A stretch of 59,667 nt of DNA, filler included, from Sphacelaria rigidula (lineage: Eukaryota): NCBI GenBank assembly GCA_964200075.2. It is 6 parts of 6 records of this genome, joined end to end, with 100 filler letters (N's around TTAATTAATTAA, not from the genome) between each part and the next. Parts side by side here need not be neighbours in the genome. Positions count along the whole stretch, not along the records: positions 29,886 to 39,746 come from CAXNAA020007610.1; positions 39,847 to 49,707 come from CAXNAA020007611.1; positions 49,808 to 59,667 come from CAXNAA020007612.1; 3 more parts are not named here. The stretch is one strand, 5' to 3'. Shown here in pieces: positions 37,885-50,028 of the stretch. How positions within the stretch are numbered: the stretch's first letter is position 1; the number at the start of each line of letters is the position of its first letter. The translations under genes and the position numbers were made by a program. The notes below the pieces were generated by a model. The model was not told where the DNA came from, ran no database searches, and worked only from the letters and a program-made list of their open reading frames with translations.

Positions 37885-38650
37885 TCAGCACCCTGTCGGT
37901 TGTTCAATTTGACGTCAAGTACCCGAGATATGGCATGATGTTATATCTCAACGCCTGAATTAGGGTTGGAGGGACACCAACAGGAGAACTCACGAAGTAT
38001 CCCTCAACTTTTTTGTTTGTTTTTTTTCCATTTTTTTTCTTACGGGACGGTGATGGCGTGGACCTCGCGATTCATTCGAGCTATTGTTCTTCGAATTCGA
38101 TGCCAACACGCGGAAGATATGCCATTTTATGTCTCAATCCCAAGGTTGGAGGGACACCCTCATCAGGAAACATTAACGAAATGTCTCTTGACTTTTTGTG
38201 TGCGTATGTGTACTATTTTTTTTGTTGCGAGGCGGTCATCGCGTAGGCCTCGGGTTTATCCCAGCCGTCGTTTGTTGAATTGGACGTCCAAGCGCCGACG
38301 ATATGGCATGCCATATCACAACCCCTGAGCCAGGTTTGGAGGGACACCAACCGGAAAAATTCACGAAAAGGGCCTCAAGTTCTCTTGTGCATATTTTAAA
38401 GTTTTGTTGCTGGGCGTTCATCGCGTGGACCTCGGGTTCATCCGAGCTATCGTTTGTCGAATTTGACGTCGAAACGCCGATGTGGCATGCCATATCTGAA
38501 CCCCTGAGCCAGGATTGGAGGGACACCAACAGGAAAAATCGCCAAATGAGCCTCAACTACTTGTGTGCATATATATATTTTTTTCTCGTTGCTGGCCAAT
38601 GATCACGTGGACCTTGCCGTTCATCCGAGCTATCGTTTGTTGAAATTGAC
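37885..38650. repeat. Tandem repeat of about 180-190 bp, x4
   Basis: TTGGAGGGACACC anchors at 37966, 38146, 38336 and 38515. Confidence 0.85.
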
Positions 38651-39107
38651 CCATGAGCGCTCGAGTTATTGTACGTCCGTTCATGTATCCACTCGTACTA
38701 ACAATGCTCGCCCGTTAAAATAGTACAGAAAGCACATCGGACCTCGTGTAAGGCCCGGAGGGGTATTCAGAGCTGAAAGTATTAAATTAATTAATTGATT
38801 CCTTTTCACTCTCAATCGTATCCTGAACTCTCAATCTCACGAAAACATGTTAACTGTGTCTGGGTAGCAGTGTTTGGGAAGTCAGGGAGTGATGATGGGC
38901 ACGATTTCGATCGGTCACATCGTCTATCAGACCAGGTCATATCCCGACACACTGTTCCCGAATACATCTACGAAGTGACAACAGTGCAGCACAGACAAAC
39001 CACGGCGCTGTCCTGTAGCTCAATATTTGTCCCTCACTCGCCAGGTCCAGCGAAAACCCGGCGTGCTCCATCCTGGCTTTGTAGGGATGCGAGGTCAATG
39101 GTCCGAT

Positions 39108-39746
39108 GACTACAGGCTGGTTCACGCTCATCACCCAAAAAACACTCATCGGCAAAACTTCACGCCGTTTTACGGAGTTGGACCCTGAAATTGTGCACGA
39201 ATGTTCTATGGGTCATTACGCAACCTTGCAGGAACGTTTTTATTTCATTTTTTTTTTCTAACTTTTTTCGCCGTTTTTCGGGGGTCCCAGTTTTTTTGGG
39301 GAAACCTCGACCCAATCGGACCCCCGTGAAACGGTAACAAAAAAAACGCCGTCCCTGCAGAGTTGCGCAATGTCCCGAAGCACAGTTGTGCAAAATTTCA
39401 GGGTCTAACTCCTTAAAACGGCGTGAAGTGTTTGGCCTTTGTGCGATGAAGTTTGCCCTACCGCGATGAAACCGCAAACTACTTGATTTTAGTAATAAAA
39501 CGGCGTTTTGGGGCTTTCTTTGACGTGAACATGGAAATTCAAGCATCAGTTGATCGAATTTTGCGACGAAAATTTGTGAAGACCATTCTTGGGTTATGCG
39601 GAGGCAGATTGTTCGCGAAAATAATGAAAAAACGTATTGTAGTGCCGCTTTTCTGGGGTCCCAGAATGGAGTCTACTTTGAAAAACGACTTCGATCCCGT
39701 CGGACCCCCGAAAAACGGTGAAAAACTCAAGAAGTAAAACACAATC
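39108..39746. mobile_element. End of the GACTACAGGCTGGTTCACG element family, cut by the contig end
   Basis: Starts GACTACAGGCTGGTTCACG and is reverse-complement similar to about 33440-34005. Confidence 0.7.
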
Positions 39747-39846
39747 NNNNNNNNNNNNNNNNNNNNNNNNNNNNNNNNNNNNNNNNNNNNTTAATTAATT
39801 AANNNNNNNNNNNNNNNNNNNNNNNNNNNNNNNNNNNNNNNNNNNN
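39747..39846. other. Artificial contig-joining spacer
   Basis: Same linker. Confidence 0.99.
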
Positions 39847-41357
39847 AATGGTTCCCGAGTCTCTCCGCATCGACACAAACTGGCCTCATAACTCACAACG
39901 CGTCGGTCTTTTGTCGTGCGGGAGGTTGTGAGACACACCGTATTGTTCCGATCTCGGGGCTGGTGTTACGGTCGAGCTAGGCTTTTCCGCCACCAGCGGG
40001 CGGTCGTCGCTTCATCGATGGATGGTCCAAGCAACGGATACAGGACTGGCATTCACGCATATACTGTTGCTATAGGAATAGATGTTCCAGATGCCTGGGT
40101 GGAAAAACAGAGTAAATCCGAGACAGCTTGTCTACAATAAGTTGTCCCAACTGCTGCCTAACTCAAAGGACACACTTTGTCATCTCGCGAGTCCTACTCC
40201 CCAAGCTCCACTGCGATTCGTCACTGCAGTATCTCACCGAACTCAATAGTTGAGTACAGGAATACTTCACTCAGTTACGTACTTGCTCCAACCCGCAACA
40301 GAGTTATGAGGCGCAATCTGCAACGGCTGAAGACACAAGTCCACATTCACAGAACACCTACGTCTCCTACCTGCCAGTCACATCTTATGTACCCATAAAT
40401 AACCAGCAACTTCAGGCCTTAACCACATCACATGAGCCCATCACGGGTGAAGCACTTGCAGTCCCAGATAAAGGACGAGCGTGCTGCACCCTAAACCTTG
40501 ACAGTTAGCAAGCTGTTGGTCATGAAGGGTGATACTTGTTGATATTTATTGTTTATCGTAGGGGACCGGAAATACGGAGCCCCAGGAATGTCAAGAACAT
40601 GCTCCCTACGAAACAGATGACGCATTTATTTCAGCGTAAGGTGTGTGATACCTGGTACATGTCACCACAGGAGGAATGTTCTGATGCATGGTATGCTCGG
40701 CAGTCTTCTATTTCTCGGCCATGGATCTAACTAAAAAGGACTGGCGCGATAGATGAAAAAATATATATTTTCAGATATTCTCATCACGTACAGGTCGGTA
40801 CACCAATGTTGTACCCATGTACCAGTACTTGTTGCCCCGTATGACGTGTGCTATGCTTCTTGAACGGAGCCCGTGACGTTTCAACTGTCGGCTGATGTGG
40901 GAGCGTCAGTTGCGTTGTGGCAAACTTTGATGCTCGCCCTTCCGCCGTCAGTTCAGAAGTACAAAATTTAATCATGAAGGGTACAAGCGCGGCACTTCGC
41001 CTCTCACAGAAGCAGCACAAGATGAGAAAGGACGCAAGAAGAAGGGAGAAGAAAGAGAAAGACGCTGAGATGGATGTTGTACCGGTCCGGATGAAAACGA
41101 TGTACGCTCTGTTGTCTTCATCCAAAAGCTTTCAGCTGTTGCCTCAACTCTGCCGGCAACAATATCTCACGATGTTTGCCCTACCCTTGACTGCGGCCGT
41201 GTGCAGACGAGGTGTCGTCCACGCAGGCAGGAGAGCTAGTAAAAACTGCACACTCTAGGGGGGCGGCGGAGGGGAGACGAACGTGCTGGCTTGGAAGGTA
41301 CAAGAGATATCGTCTCAGCTATAACGTTCTTGTGTTCAGCACGGAGTCTCAGACGCT

Positions 41358-41799
41358 ATGGATGGCTTCACTATAGAAGACCTGAGGTTAGTGGTGGAAC
41401 ACTCCTCCGTGTGTTTCGGCGTGTTCCATGAGAAAACTTCCAAGATTACCGCGCCGAACGCCGCCCTTCGGCTGCGCTTGGAGGCAGAGTCGTTCAGCGT
41501 TCAGGTCGTGTCCAACGAAGACGGTAAGCTGCATGGGCGCCTCGAGAAGGAGAACATTCCCGTAAGCCTTCAGGTCCTTACGGGGATGGATCCTTCGGGA
41601 GGCTGCCTCGTCGAGGTGTATCTGGCCAACTCGAAGAGCACGAGCGACAATTCCCCGACGTCTGACCTGATTCAGCTCGTGGACATGACGTCCGACGGTG
41701 TGTGGGAGTGGTTCCCGTCTCTGCAGTACGAGTTCATGAGCGAACGGTTTTGGAGCATCCTGGGGTATGACCATCGAGAGATGCCCAGTTCGCCCGACG
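41358..41799 (+). CDS. Histidine kinase exon 1 (N-terminal PAS-like region and start of PAS domain)
   Basis: ORF MDGFTIEDLRLVVEH...GVWEWFPSLQYEFMSERFWSILGYDHREMPSSPD; donor G|GTGAGT at 41800, phase 1. Confidence 0.85.
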
Positions 41800-44700
41800 G
41801 TGAGTCATGCCATCCTCCGTGACGTGTGTGTTCCCGTGTTTTCTGGGGAGTTGGAGGCGAACAGTTCCTGCCCAATGATGTTGTCGTGTATTGACAACCA
41901 CGTTACAACTCGCTTTGCACGGCCTTGCTTCTCGCGCGGCTTTACATCTGAAGCTTTGTGGGGACGATGCATGGGGAGAGAACGGGTGGATTCGAAGCGG
42001 ATCACTTGACATGCGATATTTTTAAGTCAATCAAATCGGAACAATAATGTATGTGCTACTGCTCCATCTTGAGCATGTGCTCCCTAGCATGAGTTCTCCT
42101 GCTTCGATGAATCCTTGGTGTACCCGCACGGATTGGTCCTTCGTTTATTTGGGGAATAAATACATACGGAGGTTGATACGAAAATATCTCGCAAAAGGTC
42201 GACAACGGGCTCATGCCGTATTGCAAGCCAACCTCCGAGCGTTATCATATCACCGGCCGCGTGTTCATGTGTCGAATGGTCACCTTTGTAGCCCTTTCTG
42301 TAGGTAGCTTGTGGTGGAGACGTGTTTGGAGTAGCACTCACGTGAATATTGCTATTTTACTGTTGGCACTGTGCAAAAGGAAAAAATCCCGTGTTGTCCT
42401 TTCTTGTGTGTTATCCCGGCTGACTTGCCCGCATACACCGAAAAAGGTGTAGACGAGCGTCCAGAATAGATGGGATGACAACATACAGATACACGTTGTA
42501 TCGGATCAATCGTCACAGTGCTGTGAAGATCACCTTTTACAAGTCCGATCCGCTTCACTAATATCACGTAATTGCACAGTATCAGTCCCGAGTGCCCGTA
42601 TAGTGCAGTAACGCCGGGCTGGTGAGCCACCGCGCAATGTTGGGAAGCCCGTTGTACGGAGAAATTCAAGAATGGTGCTTCGAGGGAAAATGCGGACAAG
42701 TTAGACGTGTCACCTATACATGACTGGGAATTTGTGTGCGGGTAGCGAGAGCATTCCTCACCTGCGCTTTAGGTCACAAATCGAGCACATGGTCAAGCAG
42801 GAAGGGGACAGTCTCTCGCATCTGACAAAGAAGTTCCTTCATCTCTCCCCGATCGCCACCTGATATGTAACATGCTTCTCGTGTGTTCACAGCCTGGATG
42901 GGAATCATCGATCCGGGTGACCTGACGATCGCGACAAAGATGTACAACGATCACGTCGCCACGAAGGGTGTTGCGGAGTACAACTGCAACGTATCTTACA
43001 CGCATAAACAGGGGCACGAGGTGAGACGGGTTGATATCCATTTCCTGTACTACACATACGTGGAAGCAAGAAGCCGGTGATATACAAACCCAAAAAACAT
43101 TGCATTAAGTAGTCATGGATGGGTGTAGGTGAAGTGGATAGCATTGGGACGACGAGTGAGACTCACATATTTCCGGGATGGGTCGGGTGAAGCTGGGATT
43201 CATGTGGCCCAGGATGCAAACTGCAAGCCATGTAAATCCGCGCGACGGTTCTAGTATCATGTTCCAATTTTGGGCGACGGCAAGGATGACTGGGAATGCG
43301 GCGAAGCGCTCTGTCCACTTAGGAGGTGTGGCATTCCCACGCCACCGCCCTCACGGAAGCTGGCTCATCACTTGCCCTTCTCGTGTAGCGGCGGTGGGCA
43401 AATGTATGGTTGGCCATTCGATCGTGTGTCAATTCGCACGATAGAGCCATCTTAGCACGAGCGGGGAAACTGGTCAGTTGGAAAATGTCGCGTGCTTCAG
43501 CGCCGTGCAAATGGATCTGCGCTCTCTGCGTGAGCCACTCGTGCTGAACAGCTTCTTTGATGTTGCATCGGTGTGTGTGATGAAACAGGTCCAGGTCAAA
43601 TGCCGTGGAGCTGTGGTGGAGTGGCTGCCAGACGGCTCCCCCTGGCGGCTGCTCGGCACGCACACCGACATCACAGAAATCACGGAAGCCGTCGATGCTA
43701 AGGCGCGGTTTGTGTCGCGCATGTCACACGAGATCCGCACGCCCATCTGTGCGATCTTGAACGAGTGCGAGATGCTAGAGCAGAACGCTTCAACGTCGGT
43801 CATCGCGGACTCGTGCGACCAGCTCTTGGCCCTCTGCAACGACATCCTTACAGTCAGCAAGCTGAGGAAACCGATGGCCATGGCGGCGTTCAGGCGCAGC
43901 GCCGTGGTGGACGATTTTTTTCACAAGGCGGTGCGGCGGCACTCGGGACAGGCGCAGAAAAAGGGACTGGCGTTAGGAAGCCACGTGTCAAACGTGCCCG
44001 ACGCACCGCTTATGATGGATGTCAGCAAGTGCAATCAAGTCGTGGATAACCTCGTCAGCAACGCGATAAAGTACACAGAACCGGGAGGGCGCTTGACCCT
44101 TCAGCTGAACTGCACGCTGCGTGATTCTCCCACGCAGGATGGGGTGGTTTCACTCAACGTCCGCGATATAAATACGGGTGCAGCACGCAACAGTAGGGCC
44201 CAGTGGCAAGTGGAAATTGCCGTCTCCGACACCGGTAAGGGGATCCACAAAGACGACGTCGACTTCGTGTTCGCCAAGTTCTCCCAAGCGAACTCGTCGA
44301 TGCAGGGCGCGGGACTGGGCCTGCCTATCTCGAAAGAGCTCGCGCAACTCATGTCGGGCGACGTGTACCTCAAGGAAACGGTGCCCGGCAAAGGATCCAC
44401 GTTCTGTTTCACGTTCCCGGCCTCAGTCGTGAAACCCACTGTGGAGGAGCCCGCCCCGGTGACGGACGGAGAGGAGAGCACGGATGCCTCGGTGGAATCG
44501 CGGGAGACCACCCGATGTACGATTCGAATCCTGAGCGCCGACGATATGCTGACGAACCGCAAGATCATGCGGCGGCGCATCCGGGCGATCGAGGAGCAGC
44601 TCGGGAACGTTACGGTGGAGGTTATCGACGCTGTAAACGGGCGTGAGGCTGTGAGGACATTCCGGGAGGAGGGAAGATTCGACCTGATCTTCATGGACTG

Positions 44701-46651
44701 TTTGATGCCAGGTGTGTGGATGATAATCCCTCTTACTGGGGAAGTCTCATTGCGCTTTGGTTGATATTCCAAGTGTCAACGGAGAAAAGTGTGTCGTGTC
44801 CCATGTGCTGGTCCAGGGTGACCCCAAGATTGTGGCGGGTGTGGACCCCCATGTCGTTTTCGTGGCTTTGTGGTGTGGTAATGGATTGGTATCTGAGGGT
44901 ATGTGCTTCCAATTCCACAACGACTGCTCGTATTCGTCAAGTCACTCGTCAAGACGCCCACTGAATCAGCTCTCGAGGTATTTTTCCTGTTTGACCCTAT
45001 GAAGACATGGCAAGAGCACTCAGTCTTGAATGGACAGGTTCTACTTGTGAAGAAATAAAATACTTCTTGAGCTGCTTCTCCACCTGTATATCACGCTACA
45101 GGCGGCGAGTCAATATTCATTCACCCCTTGGCGCCAGACCTCTTCTCGGAACGAGAGCACTGGCGGACCTTCACCGGCCGTGACCCCCAACGCCTACCGT
45201 GGAGCATCTCCTAATTGTTTCGAAGAATCACACCCAGGGACAACGCGCCATATATTTATCTGACGTTCCCTATCCCCTGGCCCATATGTATGGTCCACAA
45301 GCCAAGCAATCATAAGGAGCATGTTCTTGTCGTTCCCGGGATTCCGTATCCCCTGTTCCCTCGACGTCCACGATAATCATTTTCCAGGGCCAACAGTAGG
45401 TTCACCTCCTCTAGTACTATCAACTATCGATCTGTGTGCCCTCCACACATGCCCAAACCCAGACTCTTCAACTAGAGCATCGACGCAGTGCCTGCGGTAG
45501 CCAGTCTCCTGTTTAAGCAGTGTTCTGATCTGACGTCTATGGCAGGCAATTTGTTTTCTCGTATCTCCAGTGGTCACCTATGATGGTCCATCTCAAGGGG
45601 CTTGGCGCCCCCAGGAGTTGATTTATCTGCCACCGACAAAAAACAGGTGTCGTCAGCAGCCTAAGGAAGCTTAGTGCGCTTCATGCATAATTTCCTCTGC
45701 TCCCCTCCCCCCCTCCGCCCCCCGGGTACTTGACAAACATACTGGTGGTAAGTTACCCAGCCATCACGGAGTGTCTGGTGCCTGGACGTCCCGCAATTAT
45801 GATACTCCCGCGTTTATTTGCACCTCACACAGTTCACAGTCCCTCTTACAAATCAAGTGTGACGTGAAAGAGTAGCGAAACGAACCAGGGTTCAAGTCAT
45901 AGTCTCGTCCCCTCCACCCTACTCCCACTCATCCTTCTGTATTCTGACATACCGCATCAACGTGGTATCTCAAAACGTCCAGCTTGTTCTTTTATCGTGC
46001 TTGTCGCGCCCGCAATCGACTGGAAGTACCGGTTACTCTGGTGTATCCATCTAGTATCCCGCCGAAAAAACTGTGCTCGTGCATGTACCCTCCTCTGCAT
46101 GTGTTGTACCCTTTTTTTGCTACGCAGAAATGGACGGCTTCCAAGCATCGAAAGAAATCCACCGCTTATGCGACGAGCGGGGTATTCACCGGGTTCCCGT
46201 GGTCGCCGTAACTGCCAGCGTGAGCACTGGACTCCATGAAGAGTGCCGGGAGGCTGGAATAGAACAGGTGGTCACGAAGCCGTTCGGAGCGATGGACCTC
46301 ATGCCGATTCTGCACTTCGCAATCGACAACAACCAGCGGGACTTTCCGCCCTCATCACCGGCGGCGTCGAATTCGCGATCAACAGCGTCTGCGGAGTCAT
46401 CCCCTGGGCAGGTTGTGCCGTCGTCACCGCCCACTGAGGAGGGTTCCGCGAAACCCTCCACAACACGATCGTACGTTCGCGCCCAATGTGTCAGCCCTTC
46501 ACCATGCCCGCGCGCGCTTCCATCAGGAAGCGGCGGATCGAGCAGAGAAGGAGTGTTTAGCTTCATGGCGGGGTCTGTGCGTGCTGATCGACTAGCGGAT
46601 GGAAGCGTATTACAGATTCCAGAAGACTTGACGCAAGTCGGAACAGAATAG
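41358..46651 (+). CDS. Hybrid sensor histidine kinase (PAS-like + PAS/PAC + HisKA + HATPase_c + receiver), 4 exons, about 738 aa
   Basis: Exons 41358-41799, 42893-43020, 43589-44711 and 46128-46651 join in frame across GT-AG introns (2217 nt). Motifs: PAS GVWEWFPSLQYEFMSERFWSILGYD...AWMGIIDPGD; PAC YTHKQGHE|VQVKCRG...LLGTHTDITE; H-box ARFVSRMSHEIRTP; N-box QVVDNLVSNAIKYT; G1 VSDTGKGI; F VFAKFSQ; G2 GAGLGLPISKELAQLMSG; REC ILSADD...DLIFMDCLMPEMDG (intron within the E codon)...VAVTA...VTKPF. An in-frame AG acceptor at 41338-41339 allows an extra upstream exon. Confidence 0.93.
42376..42495 (+). mobile_element. SINE family A 3' fragment inside histidine kinase intron 1
   Basis: AAATCCCGTGTTG...TACACCGAAA...CGTCCAGAATAGATGGGATGACAACA matches the family A tail. 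Confidence 0.65.
42893..43020 (+). CDS. Histidine kinase exon 2 (PAS core)
   Basis: Acceptor TTCACAG|CC, reads (A)WMGIIDPGDLTIATKMYNDHVATKGVAEYNCNVSYTHKQGHE, donor GAG|GTGAGA; phases fit both neighbouring exons. Confidence 0.88.
43589..44711 (+). CDS. Histidine kinase exon 3 (PAC, HisKA, HATPase_c, first half of REC)
   Basis: Lies within ORF 43478-44764 and contains all kinase boxes; acceptor AAACAG|GTC, donor CCAG|GTGTGT. Confidence 0.93.
46128..46651 (+). CDS. Histidine kinase exon 4 (second half of REC and Ser/Pro-rich tail, stop TAG)
   Basis: Polypyrimidine tract plus TACGCAG|AA restores MP-E-MDGFQASKEI...VPVVAVTASV...AGIEQVVTKPF. Confidence 0.9.
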
Positions 46652-48024
46652 AAGATGGGCGATTGATCTGTAGGTGGGACCGTGATTAGTGTCACTGCTC
46701 TGGTACCTGATCCCTCATCCTGTGCTGGGGTCTGAAGAGTGGGATAACACTTTTCTGAAGGTATTTTCATTTTTCGCAACTTGACTTGGAGTTGTGTTAG
46801 TCCGTTTGCCTTCGTGTGTTGGTTGCGTGTATATTTTTTTTCTCTCGTCTTGTACGTGAAATCGAATGTCGTCTTATAATGACGTCATGCTTTTACTCCA
46901 TGTCCTGTGGTTGTTTTTGTGCAACACTAACTGTCGCGCTCTTTTCCAGCTGGCTGATTATTTGGTGGGGTGTTGCATGTCCCAAATACGTGGTAGTAGA
47001 TGAATATCAGTCTCATGCAAATCGAAAGACGATGGCGTTTCCAGTCATGGATGTTACGGCGTACTGCGTAGAAGATGACTGGCTTGCCGCAGTGTAGGTT
47101 TTACATGTTGCGTCACAAGAGCGTCTCTTGAATGTAAACTTATGTGACATGGGGAACATTTCGTGTGTGTTGGCGGTAACCACGGAGGTCTCAACGTGTT
47201 TCCTGGTTTTCGCTTTTGATTTTGTTTCCTGAGTCCATGAAATCGTTATGATCCTTATCTGAATATATTTTACGGTCTACGGGACATCGGTATTAGCTGC
47301 CAACTAGGAAGCGGCAATGATTTCGATTCGTAACGATAAAGAAATATTTCTATATATATGCGTTAAAGCGCACACCATGAGCTATAAGGTCGCGAAGGTG
47401 AAGCCACATGGGTAGATTCCAGCCGTTGAAGACTGGTTTGATGAAGAGTCAGACAGGTCAAGATGGACAGAATATTGGTTGCAAGAACTGCACCAGCAAT
47501 AATTGCGCCAATTCGCGAAGGATCGCCCGGTTGTGCAGCATGGATGATGCCCGACACCACGAGTCGCACCACGCGGTCGCGCGACCCGTTTCGTAGGATT
47601 TCTACACAGCACCTGAAATCGTAGACGGCGAACGAACGCTAGACTTTCAACACCTCGCTGATGGAATGGTTGCATGCTGAGTCTTGAGGCGGGTTGTTCA
47701 CACCGCCTGTCCACACTTGGCAGGTCAAGACTCGTGGCTCTCTCCCTTGTTGTTATTGAAGCTGCAAATCAGCGGGGTTCCACCGACCGTTTCTCTGGGT
47801 ATGTGCCATGCGCCAGTGTAAAAGAAGACAAGAGTATGCGCGTGGCTCGCGGAGGCATTGGTAGTGTGCGGGAAGAGATGGGTCGCCGGTTGAATGTTTG
47901 GGGGAGCTGGTTGTGGTTGTTGTGTGTGCGCGCACGGGTGAGTTGCTTTATGTAGGGCATGTACGTTGCAGACTTGAGGTTCGTTAATGGTTCGGTCGTG
48001 CGTCGACGCCGATGTATAATGAAA

Positions 48025-48463
48025 CGCGGGATTTTACGAATTGGGCATGGATTTTTTGTTGAGGATGAGAAACCGGGAGAATTAAAATCTTCGTATCCAC
48101 ACCGAATCATCGAAATATGATTCCCTTTCTTCAGTTGCTGGTAGCTGTTGACAACTACTACACGCCATACAAATTTGGATTTCGACAATCGAAATGTTGG
48201 GGTCCTAGGTGAAGAACCAGTCTTGGAGAAATTCCGCGATCTGATCGGATCATATCAATCCAAAAAATAGTTTTTCACACCTAAGACCCCAACATGTCGG
48301 TTATCAGGACTCAAATCTGTACGGCGTGTAGTGGTTGTCAATGGGTACCCGTAGATGAAGGAGTTGAACTATATCTCAAAGATTTGGTGTGGATACGAGC
48401 ATTTTAATTCTCCGGGTTCTCATCCTCAATAAAATGTCCATCCCAAAATTGTGATATCCCGTG
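48025..48463. mobile_element. CACGGGAT-family fold-back MITE
   Basis: CGCGGGATTTTACGAATTGGG...CCCAAAATTGTGATATCCCGTG; same arms as 28285-28727. Confidence 0.8.
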
Positions 48464-49707
48464 TTGTGACTCAAATATTCAAGTATTGGAATAGATGTTT
48501 TTTGCCGTTGCCCCTATGTCATATTATTCGGGAAAGGGGCTGTTGGATGGCACCGTGCAGTCGGAGCTGTCGCCTCTTCGTGCCGGATAGTTTTCAGCGT
48601 CGGGCGTTGGCTTCGTTGGAAGGTATCGCTGCTTCTCGAGTAGTATTGCATGTCCATGTTATAGGAGGATACTGTCTATACAGGGTGGTAGTGTAGATTT
48701 GCTCCGGGGAGGTAGAGTAATGTGACGGAGGGTGTATGCCAGTAGAACGTGAAAAATAAATTATTTAACACTCTTTAGTTTTTCAACGTATAATAGCCGT
48801 GCTCTCGAAAAATACAGTGAAGAACAAAGACGCTTCCAGCTAAAGATCTTTGTACCTCATAGCTGATGAAAAACCATCCTCATCGGGAGGTGTACGTTCC
48901 ATGGCATAATAATAAGATGCACAAGCAGAGTCATCCTACGATAGGGGGGGGTATTTGTTTGCACGAAAAAAGAGGCTCATACGAGCTGGGCCAGCCTAAA
49001 AACGGATTTAAGCTCTCAAAGCGATATCTCAACGACACAGACGAGTCGGGCCGTGATCCGCATGTCGCACCAATGATCTAATCAAGGGGAAGGTGCCCAT
49101 CTGCTCGAAAATCTGGCCCAATTTTTTCTCGTTGATTAAACCCCATGTCCACTAATTTTAGTATGGAAACGTCTTTTCGGGCGAATTTCAAGGTCAAGGC
49201 AAGAACAAATGTATGACTTTTTCGAGTTTCTACACCAAACGTTGTACATGTGTTCCTTGGACTCTCCCGGGACGCATCATTTCATTATTTTTTCTTGTAG
49301 GGCATTCTGTACCGGCTTCCGGGGGTCTTCATGCGGGGATCCCCGGAATACCTAGCAGAGATAGCGTCTACACTAGAGTCTATATGAAACCCCGTACGAT
49401 CGATGAAGCGGATGATGACGATCTTTGGGGGTGGACCTTCCCTGGAGCACGGGGAGACGATAGATACCCTCACCTTCACCTAATTCGTTATCTATCTCGA
49501 TGTGTGGCGCACAAACATTTCCATACTAAAACCAGTATGTTACGAGCAGAGGCACCAGGTGACCTAGATCTAGATATCGCGTCTCAGTTTTTGAGAGTTG
49601 TGCTATGAAATTTGGTACTGTATGGAGAACCGCTAGTAACAGTGTTTTCGTGAGATCGAGAGTAGATGATACGATTGAGAGTGGCTTTGATCATTCGCTT
49701 TGAGTGA

Positions 49708-49807
49708 NNNNNNNNNNNNNNNNNNNNNNNNNNNNNNNNNNNNNNNNNNNNTTAATTAATTAANNNNNNNNNNNNNNNNNNNNNNNNNNNNNNNNNNNNN
49801 NNNNNNN
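49708..49807. other. Artificial contig-joining spacer
   Basis: Same linker. Confidence 0.99.
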
Positions 49808-50028
49808 ACCCATGCGAACGCCCCCCCCCCCTCCCCATGGTACATCCCCTCTCGGCTGCGATGTTTCGGTTGTTTTCCGTAGCTACGCCCCCACGGTTGA
49901 AATTTTCGGGCGCTGAAAATGTGCAGCATTCAATGGGAAAACCACAGCAAATCTTCGTTTTTCTGAGCTTATCCATGTTTTCAGGGAACTTTGCTGCTGG
50001 TACCGTCTAAAGCAAATAGTGTGCTGAC

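Noticed and set aside
44101..44772. 223-aa antisense ORF (likewise 46186-46779, 54335-55093 and 56656-57084)
   Set aside because: Shadow ORFs opposite GC-rich true exons.
47360..47940. Possible minus-strand exons downstream of the kinase
   Set aside because: Splice-like sites exist but there is no recognisable product or consistent multi-exon model.
39847..49707. Endogenous giant-virus insertion around the kinase
   Set aside because: No NCLDV core genes or gene-dense intronless block; the kinase has spliceosomal introns and host repeats, so at most it is a domesticated single gene.
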